Source: Gemmatimonadota bacterium
GTDB lineage: Bacteria > Gemmatimonadota > Gemmatimonadetes > Gemmatimonadales > GWC2-71-9
Length of the DNA: 41,890 nucleotides
NCBI GenBank assembly: GCA_003221005.1
Contig: QHTZ01000026.1
Span: 1 to 41,890, forward strand
Direction of reading: 5' to 3'
Numbering within the stretch: the first letter of the stretch is position 1; the number at the start of each line of letters is the position of its first letter. The notes below the pieces were generated by a model. It searched no databases and was not told where the DNA came from. It saw only the letters and a list, made by a program, of their open reading frames with translations. The position numbers and the translations under genes are program-made. This document shows positions 18,635 to 28,482 of this stretch, one piece after another.

Positions 18635-19660
18635 CTACGGGTCGAGAACCAGCAGTGTGAAGGTCCCGGGAACGATGCTGGGCCGCGGGCGCGGTCGCTC
18701 GGGAGTGGGGGGCGGCGGCGGGCCAAAATCGGCGGTCACGGTGAAGATGCGATGTGTCTGCTCGTCGAGCGCCAAGGTCCGCGCGCCTCGCCGGGTGGTC
18801 ACGTTCGCCACCACGCGAAACTGGCTCGGCCCGTCTTCATGCACCACGGTCAACGTGCCGTCGCCGTTCGAGGAGAACGCGAGCGCCGTGCCCGGATCGA
18901 ACGCGCAGCCATCGACACCGGCGCCGATCGGCATCGTGGTGATCAATCTGCCGGCGCTCGCGTCGGAAATCGCCATCACCTGGTTGCGACAGCCACTGAA
19001 CAGGCGGTGATGAGCGCGGTCGACCGCGAGCCCGGTCGGCGACTGGCAGGGTGCGAGCGACCACTCCCGCGTGACTTTCATTGCGCTCGCGTCGATCTCG
19101 GCCACTGCGCCCTTGTCTTCCAGATTCACGTACAGCTTGCCGTCGCCGCTCGAGACGCCGAACTCCGGTCCCGCGCCGAGCTCGATGGTGCCGATCCGTT
19201 GGCCGGACGAGGCGTCGATCACCGTAGACGAGTGGGCGTCACCGTTGAACGTGAAAATGCGCTTCGTGGCGGGGTCATACAGGACCGCATCGTCGTCCGG
19301 AGCAGCAGTGGTGTGCCCGAGCACCTGGAGCGTCTTGAGGTCGAACATCGTGACCGTGCTGTCGGCGCCCGAGGTGGCAAAGCCATGGCCCGCCTCGTAC
19401 GCGAACGCGATCCCGTGTGCCCGGTTCAAGCCCGGGATCTCCGTCAAGACCTTTCCATCGGAAGGGTCCACGACCATGACGCGATTCTGGCGCGCCACGA
19501 AGAGGCGGTGGCCGACCGTGTCGAGGGCGACGTAGTCCCAGCCGCCGTCGCCGCCGAGCAACATGGTCCTGGCGACATGGTAGGCCTGCGCGCTCCCCGG
19601 GGTGGGGCCTGCGATCAGGAAAACCAGCGTGCCGAAGCAAGCTCGTGATGCCGCGTTCAT
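18635..19660 (-). CDS. YncE/YVTN-type secreted beta-propeller protein
   Basis: ATG at 19660 with a signal peptide; GGDGGWDY, repeated beta-propeller blades, IGAGVDG and GARTLALD. Confidence 0.85.
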   Translation of the reverse strand: MNAASRACFGTLVFLIAGPTPGSAQAYHVARTMLLGGDGGWDYVALDTVGHRLFVARQNRVMVVDPSDGKVLTEIPGLNRAHGIAFAYEAGHGFATSGADSTVTMFDLKTLQVLGHTTAAPDDDAVLYDPATKRIFTFNGDAHSSTVIDASSGQRIGTIELGAGPEFGVSSGDGKLYVNLEDKGAVAEIDASAMKVTREWSLAPCQSPTGLAVDRAHHRLFSGCRNQVMAISDASAGRLITTMPIGAGVDGCAFDPGTALAFSSNGDGTLTVVHEDGPSQFRVVANVTTRRGARTLALDEQTHRIFTVTADFGPPPPPTPERPRPRPSIVPGTFTLLVLDP

Positions 19661-19670
19661 GGCGGGTCCT

Positions 19671-20817
19671 CTATGGCGTGAGTGGAAACCTAACGGCGAC
19701 GCGTGTGCCTGCGCCCGGCTGGGACACGATGCTGATGCTCGCCCCGTGCTCGTCGGCAATCCAGCGCGCGATGGCGAGGCCGAGGCCTGCTCCCTCCGCG
19801 TGGTGCGCGGCGTCAGCGCCGCGGTAGAATCGCTCGAACACGTGCGGCAGCTCGTCCGGCCGGATCCCGATCCCGGTATCACTGACGAGTACTTCGCCGC
19901 GGCCATCCTCGGCGGAAACGTCCAGGCGAACGCGCCCGGCCGCCGGCGTGAACTTGATGGCATTGTCCAGGACGATCAGCAGCAGCTGGCGGACGAGCGC
20001 GGCGTCTCCCGCGATCGGCGTTTCCTCGAACTTCCCGACCTCGACCGCCACGCCTTTCTGCTAGCAGCTCGCCGACGATCTCACCGACCCGGGCGGCTTC
20101 GCCCTCGATCGTCCTGAAGGTGCGTGCGTCCCGCGCGGCGTCCCGGTCCTGTCCTGCGGCGAGCTCGGCGCGCGTGCGCAGCAAGGTGACCGGGGTGCGA
20201 AGCTCGTGCGCCGCGTCGGCCATGAAGCGCCGCATCTGGGCGATGGACCGCTCGACCGGCGCGGTCGCCTGGCGGACGAGAAAGTAGCCGGCGACGGCCA
20301 CGAGCAGCAGCGCCACGAACGCCGCGGCGGCAAAGGCGCGGATGAGCGCGGCGTACTGATCCTCGAGCTCGAGGCGGTTCGCCACGACTGTGGCGACATA
20401 GGCTGTGCCGCCTTCGCCCAGGAACCGCTCGGCGTGGAGTCGTACGATGTGGTCGTCCGGGGTCTCGAGGTCGCGGTCCGCCCGACCGGTGCGCGCCGCC
20501 TCCCGCGCTGCCTCGGCGATCCAGTCATCGGCCTGCGCCGGCTTCATGGGGCGCCCGCCGGCATCGAACAGATAGAGCGACCGATCGGGGATGTGCAGCT
20601 CGTCGAGGGCGTCGGCGAAGAGCCCCCGACCGCGCGCCTGCTCCATCTCGCGGATGTGCGCGGCCTGGATCAGCGCCGCCGTGGCGGTCCGGACCGATGC
20701 GTCGAGCTCCCGGGACATCTGGCGGCGGATTGCGACGAACAGGCCGGCGCCTAGGGCACCGAGGATCGACAGGAAGGCCGCGGTATACCACGCGGTCAAG
20801 CGCAGGCGGAGACTCAT
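19671..20817 (-). CDS. Membrane sensor histidine kinase, interrupted by a frameshift/deletion near 20060
   Basis: Two TM helices and H-box FMADAAHELRTP in one frame; HATPase (LDNAIKFT, DTGIGI, FERFYRG, GAGLGLAI) in another. The linker between ELL and QKGVAV is missing. Confidence 0.85.
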
Positions 20818-21482
20818 GATCCGAACCGGTACCCGGCTCCGCGGAGCGTCGTGATCAGCTTGGGCTCGAACCCGTCGTCGATCTTGCGCCGCAGGCGGCG
20901 GACCAGGACGTCCAGGACGTTGGCGAAGGGATCGTGATTGTCATCCCACACGTGGGCGGTGATGGTGGCGCGGTCGAGCACCTTGCCACGGTGCTGGATG
21001 AACAGCTCGAGCAGGGCGAACTCCTTCGCAGTCAACGGCACCGCTCGCCCCCCGCGGTGCACCCGGCGGCTGCCGAGATCGACCTCGAGGTCCGCAACCC
21101 GATGCAGCGCCGGCGTCAACGCCGGCCGGCGGCGCGCCAGGGCCTTGAGCCGCGCTACCAGCTCGCGGATGGCGAACGGCTTGGTCAGGTAATCGTCCGC
21201 CCCGGCCTCGAGCCCGCGCACGCGGTCGTCCACGGCGTCGAGAGCGGTCAGCATCAGGATGGGGGTCGTCACGCGGCGGCGGCGCAGCTGGGCGCACAGG
21301 TCCAGTCCAGTGCCACCCGGCAAGCGCACGTCGAGAACGATGACGTCGAACGCGGCAGCCGCGGCGTGCTCGAGCCCCGCGACGAATGTCGCGGCCAGCG
21401 TAGGGTCGATGCGCTGCCCGCGCAGGCTGTCGCGCAGCAGCCCAGCTAGCTCAGGATCGTCCTCGACGATCAGCACCCGCAC
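20814..21482 (-). CDS. OmpR/CusR-family DNA-binding response regulator
   Basis: GTG at 21482: VRVLIVEDD...LDVRLP...GADDYLTKPF...LTAKEFALL...TLRGAGY. Confidence 0.95.
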   Translation of the reverse strand: MRVLIVEDDPELAGLLRDSLRGQRIDPTLAATFVAGLEHAAAAAFDVIVLDVRLPGGTGLDLCAQLRRRRVTTPILMLTALDAVDDRVRGLEAGADDYLTKPFAIRELVARLKALARRRPALTPALHRVADLEVDLGSRRVHRGGRAVPLTAKEFALLELFIQHRGKVLDRATITAHVWDDNHDPFANVLDVLVRRLRRKIDDGFEPKLITTLRGAGYRFGS

Positions 21483-21501
21483 AGGCGACGCTCCGCTGCG
21501 G

Positions 21502-22977
21502 CTATACCCACCGCCCGGGATCCGCATCCACAGAGCCCAACTGGCTCTCGGTGGGCTCCGCTCAGCAGAACCACGGCTCGGTGAGACGCGGCGACCGGGA
21601 CGGCAGCTCCTCCCGCGCACCTGTCGGCCGCCGGTGCGTCGGCTCCCCGCTCGCTGCCAGTGCAGTATCGCGCACCGTCTCGAACGTCGTGCGCGGGTCC
21701 TCTTCCGCTCGTGCGGCGTCCGCGACCACCTGGCTCACGGCAGCGTGGAGCCCGTCCATGCGGGGATCGGGATGGCTCCAGCGATAGGTGAGCGCCGCGG
21801 GGTCGAGCGGACCGATGTGCGCCTGGATCGGGGCGCGGGACAGGAGCGCAGAGCCCGGCGGGATCAGCAGCCGGATTGCGTACTGCACCGGGTCCACGTC
21901 GTCGATTACAGCGTGGGCGTCCACAAATTCGAGCAGCTCGAGGTAATCGGACAGCGTCGTCCACGGGGTGAAAGCGACAAAGGAGGGTCGCAGCGCGATC
22001 CCCGCGCGCCGCACGATCTCCAGCGCCACCGGCACGTCCGCCCGGGAGTGCCCCTTCTCCAGGTGTCCGAGCACGACGTCGCTCAGCGATTCGACGGCCG
22101 AGACCACGAAGGCGCATCCAAGCGCGCCGAACTCGGAAAACAGCCCGCGGTGCTCGAGGATGTGCTCGATCTTGGCGGTGAAGTCGTACGTCACCCCGGG
22201 GAATTCGGCGTGCAGCGCCCGGGCGAGCTTGAGCGCATGAGCCGGCCCGTTCAGGAAGTCGGGATCGCCGAACGTGATGTGGCCTGCACCTGCCGCGACG
22301 AGGCGCCGGATGTCTTCGAGCACGACCTCGCGCGGGACGGCGAAGAACCGGCCACCGTAGACCGGCGGAATGGGGCAGTGCAGGCAGTGATGCAGGCAGC
22401 CGCGGCTCGCTTCGACGTAGCCCGCCGGCACGTCCGCGCCCGCTCTCGCGAGATGGACGTAGCGGTGGAGATCCGGGAGCCCGATGCGACTCGGAACGGG
22501 ATACGCGAGCCGGTCCAGCGCAGGCACCCGGCCGGCGGCACCCGTCCCGTCCCGCTCTACCTGCTCCACCAACGCGACGAGGGGGCCCTCGAACTCTCCG
22601 CCGATGACCGCGTCCGCGATTCCGGCTAGCAGGTAGTCGGCGTTGAGCAGCGCGTACAGTCCGTAGAAGCAGATGAAGCATTGGGGATTGAGCTTCCGGA
22701 TGCGCTCCGCCGCCCGCACGCCCAGCCGGAGCGCGGTGTGCATCGGTACCGCAATCCCTGCGAACCGGGCGCGCCCGACTTTGAGTTCATCGAATGGATC
22801 GACCGCGAGGTCGAGGTAGTCGGGAGCGTATCCCGCGCGCTCGAGGAACGCGCGGGGCCATGCGATCCCGAGCGGCTGGTGGCCCAGCTCGTAGCAGGAG
22901 ACGAGCAGTACCGCGCCCGGTCCGCGCAGGTTACGCGGCACGGCATCCGTCACGGCGGCACCAGGCAATTTGCGCAT
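21502..22977 (-). CDS. B12-binding radical SAM protein of the CUAEP/CCAEP-tail family; probable selenoprotein (Sec at TGA 21562-21564)
   Basis: SRGCLHHCLHC (CxxxCxxC) and an N-terminal B12-binding-like region. The frame continues TGC TGA GCG GAG CCC = C-U-A-E-P to TAG at 21502. Start is ATG 22977 or GTG 22953. Confidence 0.85.
21530..21561 (-). promoter_or_regulatory. SECIS-like stem-loop immediately 3' of the in-frame UGA
   Basis: GCGGAGCCCA pairs with UGGGCUCUGU (10 bp, two G-U) around the 12-nt loop CCGAGAGCCAGU. Confidence 0.65.
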
Positions 22978-23032
22978 CGTGCAAGGAATGCTACTACTGG
23001 TCGCGGGAGTGCGGTATGCCAAACGACTGGGT

Positions 23033-23197
23033 CTAGGGTGCGCGCGGGTTCCGTTCGGCGAACCGGAGCGCGAAAGCGGCAGTGAGCAGTCCGACGGCGA
23101 TCCCGACCAGCCAGCGCCACGTCAAGGCCATCCCGACGAGCCCGATCACGAGGCCGGCGCCGCCCAACCAGGCTTTGGGCGCGAAGAAGCGCGTCAC
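23033..23197 (-). CDS. Small 54-aa two-helix membrane protein (not in the ORF track)
   Basis: GTG overlaps the crotonase stop (GTGA): MTRFFAPKAWLGGAGLVIGLVGMALTWRWLVGIAVGLLTAAFALRFAERNPRAP*. Confidence 0.65.
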   Translation of the reverse strand: MTRFFAPKAWLGGAGLVIGLVGMALTWRWLVGIAVGLLTAAFALRFAERNPRAP

Positions 23198-23958
23198 CGC
23201 TTCAGGAAGGCTTCGAGCGCGGCGCGGAAATCCGGGGTCGTGCGGCTCACCGCGTTCACGTCCGCGCCCAAGCGGAGGCCCTCTTCGAACGGGAGGCCGT
23301 CGAGCTGGTAGAACTGCTGCTTGGTGAGCGCCAGCGCCGTGGCGCTGCTCGTCGCGAGCGCACGCAGCACTTCCCCGGCCTGCTCCTCGAAGTCCGCGTC
23401 CTCGTACACGCGGGAGACGAGACCGATCGCGGCCGCTTCCGACGCCGAGAGCACGCGGCCGGTCGCGGCGAGGTCGAACGCGATCTTCTCGCCGACCGCA
23501 CGCCGCAGCAGCGTCATGACCAGCGCCGGGACGAAGCCGCGCTGCACCTCGGGGTAGCCGAACGTGGCTGACTCGGCCGCGAGGACGAGGTCACAGGCGG
23601 TCGCGAGGCCGCACCCGCCTGCCAGGGCGCGCCCCCGCACCAGCGCCACCGCGGGCTTCGGGATCCGCCGCATCCGGGCAAAGATCTCTGCGAAGCGCAG
23701 CGCAGCCGCACGGTTCGCCTCGAGCGCGTGGTCCGCTGAGGCCAGCAGCTCGTTCAGGTCCATCCCGGCGCTGAAATCGGATCCCGCCCCGCGCAGCGCG
23801 ACCGCGCGGACGCCGGCGTCGAGGTCGGCGCGCTCGAGCATCGCGAGGATGGCCTCGATCATCGGCGTGTCGATGGCGTTTTTCTTCTCGGGACGGTTCA
23901 GGGTGGCGGTTAGCACGCCCTCCGCCACCTCGATCACGACGCGCGGGGCGTCCGTCAT
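23194..23958 (-). CDS. Enoyl-CoA hydratase/isomerase (methylglutaconyl-CoA hydratase-like)
   Basis: LNRPEKKNA, FSAGMDL, GRALAGGCGLATACD and FGYPEVQRGF. Confidence 0.9.
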   Translation of the reverse strand: MTDAPRVVIEVAEGVLTATLNRPEKKNAIDTPMIEAILAMLERADLDAGVRAVALRGAGSDFSAGMDLNELLASADHALEANRAAALRFAEIFARMRRIPKPAVALVRGRALAGGCGLATACDLVLAAESATFGYPEVQRGFVPALVMTLLRRAVGEKIAFDLAATGRVLSASEAAAIGLVSRVYEDADFEEQAGEVLRALATSSATALALTKQQFYQLDGLPFEEGLRLGADVNAVSRTTPDFRAALEAFLKR

Positions 23959-24302
23959 CCCGGGACCTCGATCTCCAGCCGCAACAGCGCCGTCGAGAAC
24001 ACCTTGCCCTGGGCGTCGGTCTTGAGGGAGATGGTGCCGCCGCCGTCGAGTGCGCCGTGCAGCAGGAAGTTGAGCGCGTGCAGGTTCGGCAGCTCGTAGC
24101 GCTCCACCTGTCCCATGATCATCCCCTTGAAGTGCTGCGCCACCTTGGCGGCCGTCACTTGCTTCACAAGGAGTGGATAATACTCCGGCTTGAGCGCGAT
24201 CAGCCCCACGTTCGCCGTATCACCCTTGTCCCCGGACCTGGCGTGCGCAAGCTCGACGAGGCGGACTCGACGCTTCTGGCGCTTTCGGTCCGACCGCTTC
24301 AT
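23955..24302 (-). CDS. Small AtuA-related protein (AtuA C-terminal ferredoxin-like domain)
   Basis: ATG at 24302 (ATGA overlap); [24 protein letters not shown] and [16 protein letters not shown]. Confidence 0.85.
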   Translation of the reverse strand: MKRSDRKRQKRRVRLVELAHARSGDKGDTANVGLIALKPEYYPLLVKQVTAAKVAQHFKGMIMGQVERYELPNLHALNFLLHGALDGGGTISLKTDAQGKVFSTALLRLEIEVPG

Positions 24303-25681
24303 ACGTCCACGACCTCCACGCACGGCTCCACCACGTTCCTGTCCACCAACGCCGGCCAGAAGGCGACGATCTCTTCCGGCTTCGGCCGCCCGCCCGCGAA
24401 CCCGGTGACGCTGGGCGGTCCGTTCAAGATCAGCGGCGCGATCTCGCGCGTGAATCGCTCCACCGGCTCGCGGGTGGGGGCCCGGACCCCGACCCGCAGC
24501 TGTACTTCGGGGATGTCAGCGACCGGCACCGCGCCGCGCGCCAGCGGTCCGTGGGTCGCGTCCACACCCACGAATTCGGTGTGGATCGCCTCGAACGCGA
24601 GCCCCAAGGCCGCGAGTCGCTCCCGGAGGATGCGGTCGGCGGACCGCGCCTTCTCGTAGGCCTCGGGCCACGCATAGACCAGCGTGCCGACGGCCTTGAA
24701 GCCGTAGAAGTACGCCACCGACACCTTGAGCTTGTCCGTCGCCGGCTTGCCCTTGATCCCCGACACCCGCACCCGGTCCTTGCCGGCCTGCGAGAGCCGT
24801 ATGGTGGTGAAGTCGGCCACGCAATCGGGTGTGATGTACGCCGTGGGGTCTCCCATCTCGTAGACGAGCTGCTCCGTCACGCCGGCGACGGTGATGCGGC
24901 CGCCCGTGCCCGGATGCTTGGTGATCTCGAACGTGCCGTCGGCCGAGGCCTCCACGATCGGATAACCCACGTTCGCCAGGTCGGGGATGCGCTCCCAGTC
25001 AACTAGGCAATTGCCGCCGCTCGCCTGGGCGCCGCACTCGATCGTGTGGCCTGCCACCGTGCCCGCCGCGAGGAGGTCCCACGCGTCAGGCCGCCACTCG
25101 AACGCATGCATCAGCGGCGCGAGCGTGAGCCCGGTGTCGGTCACCCGGCCCGTGATCACGATGTCGGCACCGCGCCGCAGCGCATCCACCACGGGGCCGG
25201 CACCAAGGTAGGCGTTGGCCGAGAGGACGCGGTCGCGAACGTCGCTCAGCGGGCGCCCGGTGTCGAGGTTCCGGAGCTCGTGGCCCCGCGCGAGCAGCCG
25301 GTCCAGCCGGCCGAGCAGGTCATCTCCCGTGACGACACCGATCCGCAGTCGGCCGCTCAGTCCCAGCCGCCGTGCCGAGTCCGCGACCGCCTGCGCGCAG
25401 GCGCGAGGGTTCACGCCGCCCGCGTTCGCCGTCACCTTGATCCGCCGCTCCGCCAGAGTCGGCAGGATGCGCTCCATGGCGGGGACGAAGTCCTTGGCGT
25501 AGCCGAGCGCCGGATCGCGCGAGCGCTGCTTCTGGAGGATGGACATCGTGACCTCGGCCAGGTAGTCCATCATCAGGTAGTCGATGGACCCCCCGGTCAC
25601 CTGTCGATAGGGAGCTTCGAGCCAGTCTCCCCAGAAGCCTTGGCCCGCGGCAATGCTAATGGAACGTGGAGACGAAGCCAT
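24299..25681 (-). CDS. Acyclic terpene utilisation AtuA-family (DUF1446) protein
   Basis: ATG at 25681: [46 protein letters not shown] and [10 protein letters not shown]. Confidence 0.9.
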   Translation of the reverse strand: MASSPRSISIAAGQGFWGDWLEAPYRQVTGGSIDYLMMDYLAEVTMSILQKQRSRDPALGYAKDFVPAMERILPTLAERRIKVTANAGGVNPRACAQAVADSARRLGLSGRLRIGVVTGDDLLGRLDRLLARGHELRNLDTGRPLSDVRDRVLSANAYLGAGPVVDALRRGADIVITGRVTDTGLTLAPLMHAFEWRPDAWDLLAAGTVAGHTIECGAQASGGNCLVDWERIPDLANVGYPIVEASADGTFEITKHPGTGGRITVAGVTEQLVYEMGDPTAYITPDCVADFTTIRLSQAGKDRVRVSGIKGKPATDKLKVSVAYFYGFKAVGTLVYAWPEAYEKARSADRILRERLAALGLAFEAIHTEFVGVDATHGPLARGAVPVADIPEVQLRVGVRAPTREPVERFTREIAPLILNGPPSVTGFAGGRPKPEEIVAFWPALVDRNVVEPCVEVVDV

Positions 25682-28482
25682 CAGTAGCGCCGGACCGCAG
25701 CTACGCCGGGGACGGTCTCCGGGTGCACCCGCGTCTCCACGAGCGGTGCGAATCCGGCAGGGAGTACGAGGGGAGGCGTGGCGAACACCGGCATCACGAC
25801 CCGGCCCCCGGGCACGATCGACACTCGCTGGCCGTCGCCGAGCGGTTGCTCGCGCTCGAGCAAGAACTGCACGCGCACGGCGGCGCGCCAGGGGCGGGCG
25901 CCGTCGCTGCGAGCGAAGGCCGGGTAGAGCTCGATCAGGAGCGGCCTGTCTCTGAGCGCGGCGATTCGCAGACGCTCGCGGCCCACAGAGTAGTTGAGCG
26001 GCCCCTGACCCACTTGTTGTCCGGTAGAATCGAACTCCGTAACGCCGAACCCGGTGAACTCGTGCCATTGCCCGCGCGGCATCGCGACGTCGAGGACGGC
26101 GCTCGCCGCCCACTCGGGAACCCGTACGGCGAGCGTCTCCGCTGGTGCCCCACGGCCCTCAACGGCGTAGGTGCGTTCGGCGCCGAGCAGTGCGGCGCTG
26201 ACGCGCGCCACAACCGTGGCTTGCCCCGTGTTCGTCGCTTCGAGCGTTCCGCCTGCCCCGGTTGTGTCGAGCGTCACGGGCGCGACCGACGCATGCACGG
26301 TGGCGGTGACTCCGGACAACGTCGGCGCAAACACGTCGAGCTCGTACACGCCCGGTACCAGGTCTTCGCCCCGCACGACAAATCGGGCCGTGCTTCCACC
26401 GCGGCGCCCCAGCGCGGTCTCTTCCGCGTCGCGGAAGGGCTGCCCGCTCGGCTCGTACAGCCGGGCAGCGGCCTGCTGATTGAGCGAGTCGGACAGCGTC
26501 ACGGTGGCCTCGAGAGTCGCGCCCGGACGCGCCACGCGCAGAAAGTAGCGTTGCACACGCCCCGGGCCGATCGGGCGGGCCAAGTCGGCGAGGGGTGCGG
26601 CGGCGAGGTCGTGCGGCACCACCACGGTCGTGACGAGCGTGAACAAGGGGCCGGCCAGCGTGTCGCTCGGGTTCCAGGCCGTGACCGCGCCCAGGTACGC
26701 GCCCGGTGTGACGAAGCGAGTCGGCGCGTATCGCACGGGAATGCTGGTTTCGAGCGGCGCCGCGACCACGGTCGGGGGTGCCGAAAGCCACGAGACGCTG
26801 CTGCGCAGCGTGAATTGCGCCGCCCGCAGGCCGGCGAGATGCCGGACGTGGAAGACTTCCACCGTATCGCCGGGTCCCGTCAGCCCGTCCCGCCGGAATG
26901 CGGCGGAGGCGCCGTCGCTCGTCCGGACGAGATACTGCGAGCCCTGGTGCCCCGCCGCGAGCCAGCGGTAGGCCACCTCGAGCCGTGGTTCCCCCGCCCC
27001 CTCGTCCAGCAGCGTGGCCCCGGCGTACCGGATCGCGGAGACCCGGAGCGCCTGGCCGATCTCCGCTGCGCCGACGCTGCGGCCTTCCTGGGCCAGCGCC
27101 GAGATGAGACATGCCGCGAGGCCGGCCGCCTGCGGAGCGGCCATGCTGGTACCGCCTTTGATCTCCTGACCCATGTCGAAGCGCGGCACGGCTGAGAATG
27201 CCACGCCCGGGGTGAGCAGGTCCGGCTTCGCGAGCTCGCCCCCCCGCGCGCTCCACCAGCCCACATTGTTCGGCGCGCGCGGCCCCTCGGGTCGGGCGAG
27301 CTGCGCGAACGTCCCCGGGTATGCCGCACCGGTCGACAGCGCGAGGTCCGCCGAGCCGGGGAACCCGATCGTGGAGAGACCCGGTCCGTCGTTCCCGGCG
27401 CTGATCGCGAACACGATCGCCGGGTGCGCCGCGAGAAAGGCGTTGACGATCGAGTCGATCTCGGCCCGGCCTTCGAGCTCGTTGCCCACGCCGAAACTGA
27501 GGTTGAGGACCAGCCGCAGTCCCCGCTGCTCGGCGTAGCGGGCCGCATAGGCCATCGCGCGCTGCATGCCGCCGGTCACCGCGATACCCCCCCCGGCGTT
27601 GTTCGAGATCTTGAGACCGAGCAGCTGCGCTCCCGGCGCGACGCCGTCGAAGCCGGGGATGCCGAAGAGATCGTGCCCGGCTGCGATGCCCGCGACGTGG
27701 GTGCCGTGGCTCGAGTTGTCGAACACGAAGTCGAGCAGCGGCGCACCATTCCGCTCGTCCAGGTTCGCGGCCATGGTGAGCGGCTTCGAGCCGAGCGCGA
27801 TCATCTCGTGGCCCTGACGATAATCGCGCACCGGTGTCTCGTCGTCGAACGAGCCGTTCAGGTTCGTGTCCATGAAGGCGACCCACCCGTCCGTCGCCTT
27901 CACCACGATTACGGGGAAAGCGTCGGTGTTCTGTCCGTTGCCGTTCAGGTCCGCGGCCGGGCTCCTTCCGAGGGGCAGCTCGCGCAGCTCGCCTGCATAC
28001 CATGTCGTGGCGCTCGTGATGCGCGCGATCCTGCCGGCGCCCATCAACGAGTGGCCTGCTACGGTCACCGTGCCGTCAGGCGACGGAACGACGGGGGTGA
28101 GGAACACGCGTCCTTCATCGGAGAAATCGCGCAGGTCCAGGATCTTCGGGGCGCCGGTGCTCGTTACCGCGAGGCCCGCGGCACCGGGGTCAACGCCCGA
28201 GTCGAGGATACCGATGACCACGCCACGGCCGTCATAGGTGGCGTGGCGGGCGCGAAACTGGTCGACGCCGGTGGACGCAAGCGGCATGAGGCCCGCAGCG
28301 TAGGCGTAGCTGGGCGGCAGGACGGGCTCGGTGGCGGGCGGCGCCGCGCTGTCGCGCGCGATCGCGCCGGGAGGGAACCAGAGCGTCTGCTGCGGCGGGG
28401 GGGCTGTGGCGGGGCGCGGTGCGGTGCCGCCGCAGGCGACGCACGCCACCGCGAGCAACGACGGCAGCGCGCGGCGCCTCAT
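25681..28482 (-). CDS. S8 subtilase, tripeptidyl-peptidase II-like, predicted lipoprotein
   Basis: Signal peptide/lipobox (VAC); catalytic triad ILDSGVDPG / HGTHVAG / GTSMAAP; TPPII-like N-terminus [18 protein letters not shown] and a long Asp-His insert. Confidence 0.88.
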   Translation of the reverse strand: MRRRALPSLLAVACVACGGTAPRPATAPPPQQTLWFPPGAIARDSAAPPATEPVLPPSYAYAAGLMPLASTGVDQFRARHATYDGRGVVIGILDSGVDPGAAGLAVTSTGAPKILDLRDFSDEGRVFLTPVVPSPDGTVTVAGHSLMGAGRIARITSATTWYAGELRELPLGRSPAADLNGNGQNTDAFPVIVVKATDGWVAFMDTNLNGSFDDETPVRDYRQGHEMIALGSKPLTMAANLDERNGAPLLDFVFDNSSHGTHVAGIAAGHDLFGIPGFDGVAPGAQLLGLKISNNAGGGIAVTGGMQRAMAYAARYAEQRGLRLVLNLSFGVGNELEGRAEIDSIVNAFLAAHPAIVFAISAGNDGPGLSTIGFPGSADLALSTGAAYPGTFAQLARPEGPRAPNNVGWWSARGGELAKPDLLTPGVAFSAVPRFDMGQEIKGGTSMAAPQAAGLAACLISALAQEGRSVGAAEIGQALRVSAIRYAGATLLDEGAGEPRLEVAYRWLAAGHQGSQYLVRTSDGASAAFRRDGLTGPGDTVEVFHVRHLAGLRAAQFTLRSSVSWLSAPPTVVAAPLETSIPVRYAPTRFVTPGAYLGAVTAWNPSDTLAGPLFTLVTTVVVPHDLAAAPLADLARPIGPGRVQRYFLRVARPGATLEATVTLSDSLNQQAAARLYEPSGQPFRDAEETALGRRGGSTARFVVRGEDLVPGVYELDVFAPTLSGVTATVHASVAPVTLDTTGAGGTLEATNTGQATVVARVSAALLGAERTYAVEGRGAPAETLAVRVPEWAASAVLDVAMPRGQWHEFTGFGVTEFDSTGQQVGQGPLNYSVGRERLRIAALRDRPLLIELYPAFARSDGARPWRAAVRVQFLLEREQPLGDGQRVSIVPGGRVVMPVFATPPLVLPAGFAPLVETRVHPETVPGVAAVRRY

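Noticed and set aside
18624-18646. 9-bp hairpin CTCGACCCG/CGGGTCGAG between convergent RND and YncE genes
   Set aside because: It overlaps the YncE stop and has no U-tract; it may be a weak terminator but is not supportable or notable.
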